From Actinomycetota bacterium (lineage in GTDB: Bacteria; Actinomycetota; Acidimicrobiia; Acidimicrobiales; Poriferisodalaceae): 47,585 bases of DNA. The position numbers and the translations under genes were made by a program. Location of the stretch: assembly GCA_002724355.1 (NCBI GenBank), contig PBOM01000057.1, positions 75,894 to 123,478 of the forward strand, written 5' to 3'. The notes below the pieces were generated by a model. The model was given only the letters and a program-made list of their open reading frames with translations, ran no database searches and was not told where the DNA came from. Within the stretch, counting starts at the first letter, position 1; every line of letters starts with the position of its first letter. Below, one piece after another: positions 1 through 8,838 of this stretch.

Positions 1-94
1 CAGTGTCTTTGCCAATTCGTGGGAGCTTGACCATCGGCGTCTTGCCAATGAGATCAAGCACGGAGTCAGCTATATCCAGGTCCTGATGATCCAT
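1..94 (-). CDS. cysteine synthase / cystathionine beta-synthase family (PLP-dependent) protein, N-terminal fragment running off the window edge
   Basis: Reverse-strand ATG at 94..92 opens MDHQDLDIADSVLDLIGKTPMVKLPRIGKDT. This matches the conserved N-terminal SxLDxIGxTPxVxLxRI block of CysK/CysM/CBS enzymes. Only 31 codons are visible, and the ORF is absent from the track because it is truncated by the window. Confidence 0.5.
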   Translation of the reverse strand, partial: MDHQDLDIADSVLDLIGKTPMVKLPRIGKDT

Positions 95-230
95 GCTCCC
101 AGTCTGCTTGTTCCCAGTCGCATTCGCACCGTTAACTGCAAGAACTGGCAGGGGTAGCCAGGCTATTTATCTGACGATCCGTCTTACCACTCGGCAGCTG
201 AGAGAATTTAACTGCGAGTCCGGGCGTCTA

Positions 231-3200
231 TTAGTTCAATATTTCTTTCGCAGCTTGTCTAAATTTTTCGACGTTGGCTTCTTTGACACCTTCGTAGCCG
301 CGAATCATGTCGGGCAACTCAGCTATGCGTAACGCCTTGTCGTAACTGTCTAGGTGAAGATCTGCTACCACTGCTTCGATCATCCCCTGGTATTCGTCTA
401 CCAAGCCTCGTTCCATCTTGCGATGAGCGGTATTGCCGAAGATATCTAGCGGAGTTCCGCGCAGGAACTTCATTCGGCGAAGTACGGCGAATGCAACGTC
501 GCCCGAGCGGCCAAGCCCGATTTTTTGTTCAAGTCCGAGTCGCTTCATAGAGGGGGGATGCAGCTTGTAGGTGACTTTGCTTCGATCTCCGAACTGGTCG
601 CGGACTGCTTGTTGGAATGCCTTGGACCGGTGAAGTCGTGCGACTTCGTATTCGTCTTTATAGGCCATCAACTTGTAGAGGTAACGGGCATAAGCTTCAG
701 ACAATCGCGTATCTTGTCCGACGCTCGCTTCAGCCGTTCTCACTGCACTGACTCTTTCTACGTAGACCTTTGCATATTTAATGTTTTGGTACTCAACAAG
801 GTCTGGCACTCGGATTCGCAGCAGTCGTTCAAGTTCTTCAGATGGTTCCGGAACGGAGTCGATGAGAACCTGAAGGGCTTCGGACACATTGTTTTTCCGG
901 CTGACTTTCCCGACCCGTTCAATCCCTAATTTCTCGATGAAGCCAGGCTCAAGCACTATTTGGCGGCCGATTCGAAACGCTTGGGTGTTCATTTCGACTG
1001 CAACGCCATTGAGTTCGATGGCGCGTTCTATCGCTGCTGAACTAATGGGTACTACTCCGCTCTGGTAAGCAGAGCCGAGGACGATGATGTTTGCAGGCAT
1101 GTGTGACCGGAACAGGTTGTCTGACAGGTTGCCAGCGTCGTAGTAGACATTTTTTTCGGGCACCGTAGCGCTATCGATTGATTGCTGTAGCGCTGACCAT
1201 TCTGGGTAGTCAGCTGAGGTGTCGCGAACCATCGCTCCCGTAGGAACTTTGCTGGAAGATACAAGTGCGACGGTGCGTCCCGGCATTGCCTTCTCAAGGT
1301 TGGCTGGGTTTGTGCCGCTCAACAGGTCGAACACAATGTACGCGTCTGCTTCTCCTGTGGCGATTTTGTTGGCTTCTCCTAGCTCTAGTTCACTGTCTGG
1401 ACGTCGAATCTTGAGGTTGGACACAACTGGGCCGCCTTTCTGAGCAAGGCCAGTTTGGTCAAGTCCGTGCGCTTCTTTGCCATCCAAAAGAGCTGCTGTA
1501 GCTAGTAGTTGGTTGACCGTAACGACACCGGTTCCGCCAATGCCGATCATCAAAACATTGCCTTCGTCAAGGCGGTTGGGTTCGGGTTGGTCGTCTTTGA
1601 TTTCGGCTACTGCCAGCGTCGACTTCTCAGGAACGACGCCAGCGGGCTCCACTTCTATAAATGCCGGGCAGTCGCCGTCAAGACAGGTGAAGTCCTTGTT
1701 GCAAGAAGATTGGTGGATAGCTGTCTTTCTACCGAACTCGGTTTCTACTGGCTGTACTGAAAGGCAGCTAGATTTTTCTCCGCAGTCTCCGCAACCTTCG
1801 CACACGGCTTCGTTGATGAACACCGCCATTGTTGGTTCGGCGACTTTGCCTCGTTTGCGATCGCGTCGTAATTCTGCTGCACATGGTTGGTCATATATCA
1901 AAACTGTGCATCCTGGCGTGTCGCGAAGGATTCGTTGTGCTTCGTCGAGACGGTCGCGATGCCACACTTCGGTACCTTCGGCGAAGTGTGGGTTTTCTCC
2001 ATATTTTTCGGTGTCATGGGTTAGGACCATGACCTTTGTGACTCCTTCGGCCTCAAGCGAACGAGTCAATTCTGGGACTGTCATTCCGCCGTCGACGTCC
2101 TGTCCACCGGTCATTGCAACGGCTGCGTTATAGAGGATTTTGTATGTGACGTTGGTGCCTGCAGCAACAGCTTGCCGAACGGCGAGCGATCCAGAGTGGT
2201 GGAATGTTCCGTCGCCAATGTTTTGGAATCGGTGCTCCATGGTGACAAACGGTGCAGCGCCGACCCATTGAACGCCTTCTCCTCCCATCTGGGTGGTGCC
2301 TTTCACGTTGCGGGTCGGTGTCATCGATGCCATGCCGTGACAGCCAATTCCCCCGCCAGCTTCAGAGCCTTCTGGGACCCAGGTGGAGCGGTTGTGGGGG
2401 CAGCCTGAACAGAAATTGGGTGTTCGGTTCGATTGTTTCTTGTCGTCGGGTTCACCAAGTGCCACCGGTATGGTGACGCGTTCACGTACGGCTGGGCCTA
2501 CTGCGTCTTCTCCCAACCGACCCACAAGGAATGGCCGAATTTTGCGTGCGATGAGGTCCGCGTCCATCTCGCCATGGCCGGGGAACCAGAACGAGTTTTC
2601 TGCGTCGCGTTTTCCAAGAATGGTTGGCGCGTCAGTAGTTCCATAAAGAATTTCGCGCATGAACATCTCGATGAAGGCTCGCTTTTCTTCGACTACGACA
2701 ATGGTGTCGAGACCTCGAGCGAATTCGCGGACGCCGTTGGCTTCAAGGGGCCAGACAACAGCTGGTTTGTAGAGCCTTACCCCGCGTTGTCTCAGGGCGG
2801 CTTCGTCAAGACCCATTCGATCCAGCGCTTCACGGAGGTCGTAATAAGTCTTCCCGGCTGCTACGAGGCCTATCCGGGCGTCGGAGGTAGCTCCGCATAC
2901 GGTGTCGAGTTGGTTGAGACGAGTGAATGCGTCGGTTGCCTCCATTCGACCTTCATGAATTTCCAGTTCTTGACGGACGGCGAAGGGTCCAAATAAGGCG
3001 TCCTGTTGGGTGTGTTGCCAGGGAGTGCCGTCCCATTCGAAGTCTGGGCGTTGCATCTGGACTCGACCGGGGCCTACCTTGATGGTTGAGTAGCCATCTG
3101 CCACGTTTGTCACAATTTTCAGTGACACCCATAGGCCGCTGTAACGCGAGAGTTCGTAACCAATGCGGCCGTAATCGGCCACCTCTTGAACGGTTCCCGG

Positions 3201-3716
3201 GTACAGGATGGGTGTTTGAAAATGAAGCAGCGCGAACTCAGATTCGGACGCCAGAGTTGATGATTTAGATGCGGGATCATCGCCCGCTACTAGTAGTACG
3301 CCGCCTTTAGGGTCAACTCCACATACGTTGGCGTGCCGGATAGCGTCACCGGAGCGATCCACACCGGGGGCTTTTCCGTACCACATCCCCAACACACCAT
3401 CGAATTTTCCATCGAAGTTGCGATTGGCTAATTGTGAGCCCCAAACGGTGGTAGCGCCAAGATCTTCGTTAAGGCCAGGAACGAACTGAATGTTGTTTTC
3501 GGCTAGTTCGTCAGCATTGCCGAGCATGAGGGAGTCGATGCCTCCCAAAGGGGAACCTCGGTAACCAGACACCATGGCAGCATTGTTCAGACCATCTCGT
3601 TTATCGGCGCGCAACTGGTCCAAAAGAACCCTCAGAAGCGCCTGAACTCCCGACATAGCGACGTCTCCCTCGCTACGTGTGAATCGATCCTCTAGTTTGA
3701 AGTCAGCTAACGCCAT
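231..3716 (-). CDS. indolepyruvate/2-oxoacid:ferredoxin oxidoreductase family protein, fused alpha-beta form
   Basis: Single 1161-aa ORF. It has a TPP-binding GDGTFHHSG...NAAVAMTGGQ block, a ferredoxin-type CEGCGDCGEKSSC cluster and the N-terminal YRGSPLGG block typical of fused IorA/IorB proteins. An AGGAGG-type SD lies just upstream of ATG 3716. Confidence 0.9.
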   Translation of the reverse strand: MALADFKLEDRFTRSEGDVAMSGVQALLRVLLDQLRADKRDGLNNAAMVSGYRGSPLGGIDSLMLGNADELAENNIQFVPGLNEDLGATTVWGSQLANRNFDGKFDGVLGMWYGKAPGVDRSGDAIRHANVCGVDPKGGVLLVAGDDPASKSSTLASESEFALLHFQTPILYPGTVQEVADYGRIGYELSRYSGLWVSLKIVTNVADGYSTIKVGPGRVQMQRPDFEWDGTPWQHTQQDALFGPFAVRQELEIHEGRMEATDAFTRLNQLDTVCGATSDARIGLVAAGKTYYDLREALDRMGLDEAALRQRGVRLYKPAVVWPLEANGVREFARGLDTIVVVEEKRAFIEMFMREILYGTTDAPTILGKRDAENSFWFPGHGEMDADLIARKIRPFLVGRLGEDAVGPAVRERVTIPVALGEPDDKKQSNRTPNFCSGCPHNRSTWVPEGSEAGGGIGCHGMASMTPTRNVKGTTQMGGEGVQWVGAAPFVTMEHRFQNIGDGTFHHSGSLAVRQAVAAGTNVTYKILYNAAVAMTGGQDVDGGMTVPELTRSLEAEGVTKVMVLTHDTEKYGENPHFAEGTEVWHRDRLDEAQRILRDTPGCTVLIYDQPCAAELRRDRKRGKVAEPTMAVFINEAVCEGCGDCGEKSSCLSVQPVETEFGRKTAIHQSSCNKDFTCLDGDCPAFIEVEPAGVVPEKSTLAVAEIKDDQPEPNRLDEGNVLMIGIGGTGVVTVNQLLATAALLDGKEAHGLDQTGLAQKGGPVVSNLKIRRPDSELELGEANKIATGEADAYIVFDLLSGTNPANLEKAMPGRTVALVSSSKVPTGAMVRDTSADYPEWSALQQSIDSATVPEKNVYYDAGNLSDNLFRSHMPANIIVLGSAYQSGVVPISSAAIERAIELNGVAVEMNTQAFRIGRQIVLEPGFIEKLGIERVGKVSRKNNVSEALQVLIDSVPEPSEELERLLRIRVPDLVEYQNIKYAKVYVERVSAVRTAEASVGQDTRLSEAYARYLYKLMAYKDEYEVARLHRSKAFQQAVRDQFGDRSKVTYKLHPPSMKRLGLEQKIGLGRSGDVAFAVLRRMKFLRGTPLDIFGNTAHRKMERGLVDEYQGMIEAVVADLHLDSYDKALRIAELPDMIRGYEGVKEANVEKFRQAAKEILN

Positions 3717-3793
3717 CGTGTCCCCTCCTGCGTCGAAAACAGATTACTAGCGGCAGAGTGTCATCGCCTCCCCATAGCTAAGAGATCAGTGAA

Positions 3794-5029
3794 TCAAGCT
3801 CGATTGTTGTTACTGGGTAAGCGCGTCGCTAGCAGCAATGCAAGCCCGTTTGCTATGCCTGAAAGCAAGAAAGCCCATCTGTAGTTGCCCAAAGCGTCCC
3901 GCAATACCTGGGCTGTATAAGGACCAATAGCGGCCATAGTTCCCGCTGTGGCGAAGATTCTTCCGACGATAGAACCTGCGTGGGCGCGCCCAAAGAAGTC
4001 TGCGACGAGTGGGGGGAAGACCACCACTCCCCCTCCATAGGCAAATCCAAACGTTGCTGCCGATAGATACAGCAACCACAGCGAGTTAGCGCCAGCCATC
4101 CCGAGAAAAGAGGCTGTCTCTAAGAATAAGGCCAACATGACTGCATTTTTTCTGCCAATGCGATCGGAGACCGGCCCCATTACCAGGCGGCCGATGAGCC
4201 CTCCAATTCCTATCGCTGAGATCACAGTTGAGGCTGTTTGCAATGACGCGCCGAGGCTCTGAGCGAATTGCACGCCATGAACAAACGGAACGAAGACCGC
4301 AACGAAAGTAAGTGCGTACATCCCAAAAATTTTCCAATAGGTGCGACTCCTCCATGCTTCAGCAGGAGTCATCCCTTCTTCGAGATCCTCAGTTAGGCCA
4401 CCAGTTGGCTCAATTCGACCATCTGGTTTTTGGCCTACTCCTTCTGGGTCTCGTTCGAGAACAATCGAGCTCAGCAACATACAGACACCGCCCGTCAGCG
4501 ACATCGCCAGAATCGCAACCCGCCATCCATACGCTGATACGAGAACGGCTGCAATCGGGGGAACCAGGATGTTGGCAAGACTCCCGCCTGCGGTTGCTAT
4601 TGCTGTCGCGAATCCTCGTCTCACTACAAACCAGCGCACAACCGTTGCGTTGCATGGCACCCAAGAACAACTCATTCCAAGAGGAGCGACGATGGCCATT
4701 CCTATTGCGACGACGATGATGTTGTTTGCGGTAGCCCACAACAAGTACCCACTTGTGAGGAGGACCGCTCCCACTGCTACGACGGGCCTTGGCCCCATAC
4801 GGTCGGTCAGCCATCCGCTTATGGCAGATAATGCGCTGTATAGACCTATGTAGATAGCGAAGATCAGTTGGAGCCGATTTTCGGACCATCCCGTGTCATG
4901 AACCACGTCTCCCACGAAGGTGCCGAAGCTGAACTGGATTCCGTAAACGACGAACAGGACGGTGAATGCTGCGCCAACGATGCGCCACCCGAAGAATTTC
5001 TGTTCGACTGGCTTAACGGAGAAGATCAC
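3794..5029 (-). CDS. MFS transporter (oxalate/formate antiporter-like subfamily)
   Basis: 411 aa and hydrophobic throughout, with about 12 TM segments. It has an N-terminal WRIVGAAF...YGIQFSFGTF block and a GWLTDRMGPR loop (MFS motif A). GTG start lies 8 nt after the upstream stop. Confidence 0.85.
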   Translation of the reverse strand: MIFSVKPVEQKFFGWRIVGAAFTVLFVVYGIQFSFGTFVGDVVHDTGWSENRLQLIFAIYIGLYSALSAISGWLTDRMGPRPVVAVGAVLLTSGYLLWATANNIIVVAIGMAIVAPLGMSCSWVPCNATVVRWFVVRRGFATAIATAGGSLANILVPPIAAVLVSAYGWRVAILAMSLTGGVCMLLSSIVLERDPEGVGQKPDGRIEPTGGLTEDLEEGMTPAEAWRSRTYWKIFGMYALTFVAVFVPFVHGVQFAQSLGASLQTASTVISAIGIGGLIGRLVMGPVSDRIGRKNAVMLALFLETASFLGMAGANSLWLLYLSAATFGFAYGGGVVVFPPLVADFFGRAHAGSIVGRIFATAGTMAAIGPYTAQVLRDALGNYRWAFLLSGIANGLALLLATRLPSNNNRA

Positions 5030-5037
5030 GACGCCGA

Positions 5038-6183
5038 CTAGCGATCCCCCGGAGCCATATAAAACCAGATCGGATTATTTTCTCCAGCGTCGGCCATGGC
5101 TTGCCTCGCCGCCATGACTACTTTGCCAGCTTCAGTGTGATCTAGGAACCATCGGGTTCCCGCCCACGCTGACGGGGCGTGGTCTGATAACGCTAGAGCC
5201 GCTGTTTCGTAATATCCGCGAATGTCCTGACTCACTCGTGACGGAATTCCCGGTATCCCGGCCTCTTTCCATGAAGTACCTTCAGCAACTCTCACGAACG
5301 CTTCTATTGCGGTTGTTATGTCGTCAACTTGAACAGCTCTCCCGGCGCCAACTCGGTTCCCGTATTTGGCGATCGCGCGTTCATAGGCGGGCCTCAGCCC
5401 GTTGGCCTCGTCCACCGCTGGGTGAGCGTCGGGGTCATGGCGGGGAGGCATCGGGCACGCCAGAACTTCGCTTTCGTCGTCGGGAATAATGACGTCATAT
5501 TCAGCAAAGATGGGTTCTGGACTCTGCAGCATTTCGAATGCGGTTGCTAGGACCCGATGTTGAAATTCTGGATCGCCTGGAACTCCTAAGGGCCTACCCA
5601 GGGGAAAATCACACCAAAGACCGCGTGGCGGCGCGGTGCTCTCTATCTGATTCTTAATGGAGCCAAGGGCGACAGTGGCGATGCCTTCAGCTTCGAAAAT
5701 GTGGGCGAGCGTACTCACGGTACGCGTGCACAAGGGTCAAACAGGAGTTAACAGAACGATGTCAACACCCTGTTCTTTTAGGAATTTGGCTCCTGCGGGA
5801 CCGCTGTCCATTTTTATTGCAGATAGCTCAAATTGATTGCCCGCGTAGGCGAGATGTTCGTCTGCTACAGAGCCGATCACTCCTTGGGCAGCTAGTTCAT
5901 CTAAGCGGTCGATCGGAAAAACTGTATTGATATCTAGTGCGAATCCTGTTGCGTCGAAGTTAGGACTCCAATGCCCCATTACGTAGTCTCTTGTTTCAGA
6001 TTGCAGTACCCGATACCCCGTATCCGTCGGCGAGAAATCTTCGTCGTCGGGGTGATGTAGGGAGGCCGAAGTGACTATCGCCACCTTGGCCTCAGAGAGT
6101 GGTACAGGTTCGGTAAACGCTGTTTCGTCAAATTCGACTGCGTCGAGGTTCGCTGTCATCGCTTTAATATCGCTGTCGGCCAT
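5038..6183 (-). CDS. PrdB/GrdB-family (glycine/sarcosine/betaine/D-proline reductase component B-like) selenoprotein; UGA 5739..5737 decoded as Sec (148 aa + U + 232 aa = 381 aa)
   Basis: Track ORFs 5737..6183 and 5038..5733 are in the same frame and separated only by TGA. The joined sequence reads ...GVDIVLLTPV-U-PLCTRTVSTLAHIFEAEGIATVAL...PPRGLWCDFPLGRPLGVPGDP. The downstream half has no ATG or SD of its own. It carries a UxxC motif plus GrdB/PrdB-like blocks (INTVFPIDRLDELAAQGVIGS, EAEGIATV, PLGRPLG), and a hairpin follows the UGA. Confidence 0.7.
5701..5733 (-). other. putative bacterial SECIS-like hairpin immediately 3' of the in-frame UGA
   Basis: On the mRNA strand the core is GCGUAC(5725..5720)-CGUGA-GUACGC(5714..5709), a perfect 6-bp stem with a 5-nt loop containing GU. 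A possible lower GUG/CAC stem flanks it. The apical loop starts 17 nt after the UGA, within the spacing range used for bacterial SECIS elements. Confidence 0.4.
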
Positions 6184-6225
6184 GGTGCCGAGCCTAGGCC
6201 AGTCGTAACTCCATTGCAGATTCCA

Positions 6226-7137
6226 CTATCGGCGGTCGACCGATAGCAGGGCGACACCTGTAACAACTAGTGCACCGCCAAGCATCTCGAAAGTTCCGAG
6301 CCGGTCACCGACGAGTAGCCAACTGAAGAGCACTCCGAAGAACGGTGTTAAGTACGCGACTGCAGCGCCTTGGATCGCGGGGGCACGTCGAAGCACACTT
6401 GCGAACAGGTAGAAGGTGACTGCAAGGGATGGGATACCTGCATAAAGCAAGGGCAGCGCTAGCCCCCATCCCATGGAGGTATCAGACCAGTCTTCTACGA
6501 ATGGAACAGCTAGGTGAAGACATATTGCAGAAAAGGTGATCTGAAGCGCGACCAACATCAATGGGCTGATTTCTAAGGCGCCGGGTAATCGTTTGTTGAG
6601 CACTGCTCCTGCTGCCCAACTGATACTAGAAATTAATGAAAAGACGATACCTAAGGTGGTGTTGCCAGACCCAAAGGCTGGGATAGCGAGGCATACCGCC
6701 CCGAACAGGCCGATTAGTAATCCGAAATAGCCCCGGCGTCCTGGTAGCTCAGTAAGAACTATCACTGCGATTATCGCTGTAAACAGCGGCATAGTTGCCG
6801 AAAGCATCGCTGCTAGGCCCGGCGAAAGACGCGAAATCCCGAGAACAAGGAAACCACTTGACACCGTCGTTATAGCAAGGGAGATCCACCAAACAGCCAT
6901 CCACTGTTGACGGTTTTGGGGCAACTTTTCTCCGCGAAGCATGGCTATTGCCAATAGAAAGGGAGCGCCCACAGATGTTCGAAGCGCGGCCAAAGCGAGT
7001 GGCGTGGTGTGGTCTAGAGCCCACTTCATCACGGTGTAGTTGAGTCCTATAAGTAGCGCTGTGAGTACGACCAGAGCAACTGTTATGGAACTAGAGGAGG
7101 CGGCAATTTTGGGTTCGAGCCCGCCCTGCTTCTTCAC
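6226..7137 (-). CDS. EamA/DMT-family transporter
   Basis: 303 aa with about 10 TM segments arranged as two EamA-like repeats. GTGA start/stop overlap with the upstream SDR gene. Confidence 0.85.
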   Translation of the reverse strand: MKKQGGLEPKIAASSSSITVALVVLTALLIGLNYTVMKWALDHTTPLALAALRTSVGAPFLLAIAMLRGEKLPQNRQQWMAVWWISLAITTVSSGFLVLGISRLSPGLAAMLSATMPLFTAIIAVIVLTELPGRRGYFGLLIGLFGAVCLAIPAFGSGNTTLGIVFSLISSISWAAGAVLNKRLPGALEISPLMLVALQITFSAICLHLAVPFVEDWSDTSMGWGLALPLLYAGIPSLAVTFYLFASVLRRAPAIQGAAVAYLTPFFGVLFSWLLVGDRLGTFEMLGGALVVTGVALLSVDRR

Positions 7138-7910
7138 GCTCCCTCTAAAAGATCGAGAGATCTTCTACGAAGTCGTCGCATCCCATTTAGCCACCGATCA
7201 GGGTCCGAAGCTTTGCGTTCTGTGTAGGTTTGGACTTCCGGGTGAGACAGGATCAGGAACTCTTCGTTACGCATCGCTTGCGTGATTTTGTCCGCGACGA
7301 AATCAGCTTCAACTATCCCATCGGTTCCACCGTCGCCCAGTTGTCGAGGCGCCATAGCGGTGTTGACTCCCTGAGGACATAGAACTGACACTCGGATACC
7401 GTCATCGCCGTGAGTTATAGCAAGGGTCTCAGCCAATTTGATGCATGCAGCTTTGGTGACTGAGTAAGGGGCTGAACCAACTGCTGCGAGAAGACCCGCT
7501 GCGCTCGCGGTGTGAACCAAATAGCCCTCTCCTTGTGCCGTCATGGAAGGCAACACAGCGCGAGCGGCATACACATGAGACATTACGTGCAGTTCCCATT
7601 GTGACTGCCAAGCCTCGTTGGAAGCCTCTACGCCTCCTTCTGCCCCTGCGCCGGCATTCGAAAAGAAGATGTCGACCGGGCCGTTTGCGGTTTCAGTATC
7701 GTCAACGAGTTGACTTACAGCCTCTTCATTGGTGACGTCTAGACCCACGCCAACGCATCCAAGTTCTTCAGCTACTTGAAGTGCTGCTGCTTCGTTGTAG
7801 TCAGCCACCACTACTTGCCTAGCGCCCTCTGACATCCATTTGCGGGCTGTTGCCGATCCAATGCCGCCACCGCCGCCGGTGATAATTGCTACACGATCTT
7901 TAATTTCCAT
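7134..7910 (-). CDS. SDR-family oxidoreductase
   Basis: Rossmann motif ITGGGGGIGSA, NAG motif (FSNAGAG) and catalytic YSVTK (YxxxK); 258 aa. Confidence 0.9.
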   Translation of the reverse strand: MEIKDRVAIITGGGGGIGSATARKWMSEGARQVVVADYNEAAALQVAEELGCVGVGLDVTNEEAVSQLVDDTETANGPVDIFFSNAGAGAEGGVEASNEAWQSQWELHVMSHVYAARAVLPSMTAQGEGYLVHTASAAGLLAAVGSAPYSVTKAACIKLAETLAITHGDDGIRVSVLCPQGVNTAMAPRQLGDGGTDGIVEADFVADKITQAMRNEEFLILSHPEVQTYTERKASDPDRWLNGMRRLRRRSLDLLEGA

Positions 7911-7944
7911 GCCTTGAACCTAGATGGAAGAAGCAACCAGTTGC

Positions 7945-8781
7945 TTAACTTTCGGCAACTCCGTTTTTGGTTCTCATCGCCGCATAGGCAACCTCATCTG
8001 ATTGCGCTGCACCTAGAAACCTGCCCGGGCTCGCCCCATCAACGTGGCCCATGATGCCTTTATACAGAGTGAACCCACACAAAGAAGCCAAACGCTCAGG
8101 CATCTCTTTCACATCTTGAGGGGAAAGGCTGTAGTACTGGTTTTGTTGCTGACGCATATACCCCTGGCAGTATTGAACGCTGATTCCTAATCTCCAGTCA
8201 TCTTGTGTGGTGTTGGCACCACCGCAATGCCAAGTTCCGCCGTTGACAATCAGAATTGACCCGGCTTCCATCTCCGCGGGTATGTGTTGCACCTCTTCCC
8301 CTTTGCGGGGTTCGTGGTCAAATTTATGGGAGCCGGGGACTATGCGAGTGGCTCCATTGTCAGCCGTAAAGTCGGTAAAGGCCCAAATGGTGGTCACCAT
8401 GAATGGAATCCGAGGCCTACTCACGCTTACCAGACCATCGTCGCTGTGCAACCCCTGGTGGACTTCTCCAGGACCTATATGCATGCACGTGGTTCCAGAC
8501 AGGAGACACTCCTCATCTAGCAAGTGTTCGGCGAAGGGAAGCACGTTGTGATGAACGGGAAGCTTCCAGAACACCCGGTCCTTAGCTAACAAGTTGTACA
8601 TGCGCTTAGTAGCGAAGCCCTCCGCTCGGTTTCCTCGGGGTTGCACATCATGTTCTTTTTCCAACTGAGTTACCGAGTTTCTGACCTCTTCGAGCAAATC
8701 TTGGTCGATGGCATTTTTTACGATGCAGTAGCCCTGTTCTTCTATGAGGTCGAGATAACCAGACAGTGTCGCTGAATCCAT
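7945..8781 (-). CDS. phytanoyl-CoA dioxygenase (PhyH) family Fe(II)/2-oxoglutarate oxygenase
   Basis: HxD (GLHSDDG) plus a distal His (GTWHCGGAN) form the facial triad, and length and sequence are PhyH-like. The start is placed at ATG 8781 (MDSATLSGYL...) because the track's longer ORF (to 8943) would overlap the divergent gene. Confidence 0.8.
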   Translation of the reverse strand: MDSATLSGYLDLIEEQGYCIVKNAIDQDLLEEVRNSVTQLEKEHDVQPRGNRAEGFATKRMYNLLAKDRVFWKLPVHHNVLPFAEHLLDEECLLSGTTCMHIGPGEVHQGLHSDDGLVSVSRPRIPFMVTTIWAFTDFTADNGATRIVPGSHKFDHEPRKGEEVQHIPAEMEAGSILIVNGGTWHCGGANTTQDDWRLGISVQYCQGYMRQQQNQYYSLSPQDVKEMPERLASLCGFTLYKGIMGHVDGASPGRFLGAAQSDEVAYAAMRTKNGVAES

Positions 8782-8838
8782 GCACCGATTCTTACAGCTT
8801 GGGGACACCGTTCGCACTTTCCTGCGAGACTGATCCTT

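Noticed and set aside
1477-2996. Long plus-strand ORFs (218 aa, 187 aa and others) inside the IOR gene
   Set aside because: These are antisense shadow ORFs of a strongly supported 1161-aa gene. Their translations are low-complexity and Arg/Ser/Pro-rich with no recognisable motifs.
5038-5733. Treating the 231-aa track ORF as an independent gene starting at TTG 5733
   Set aside because: There is no SD or ATG, and the TTG lies two codons after an in-frame TGA that ends the upstream ORF. The protein family is normally one polypeptide. Sec read-through explains the data better.
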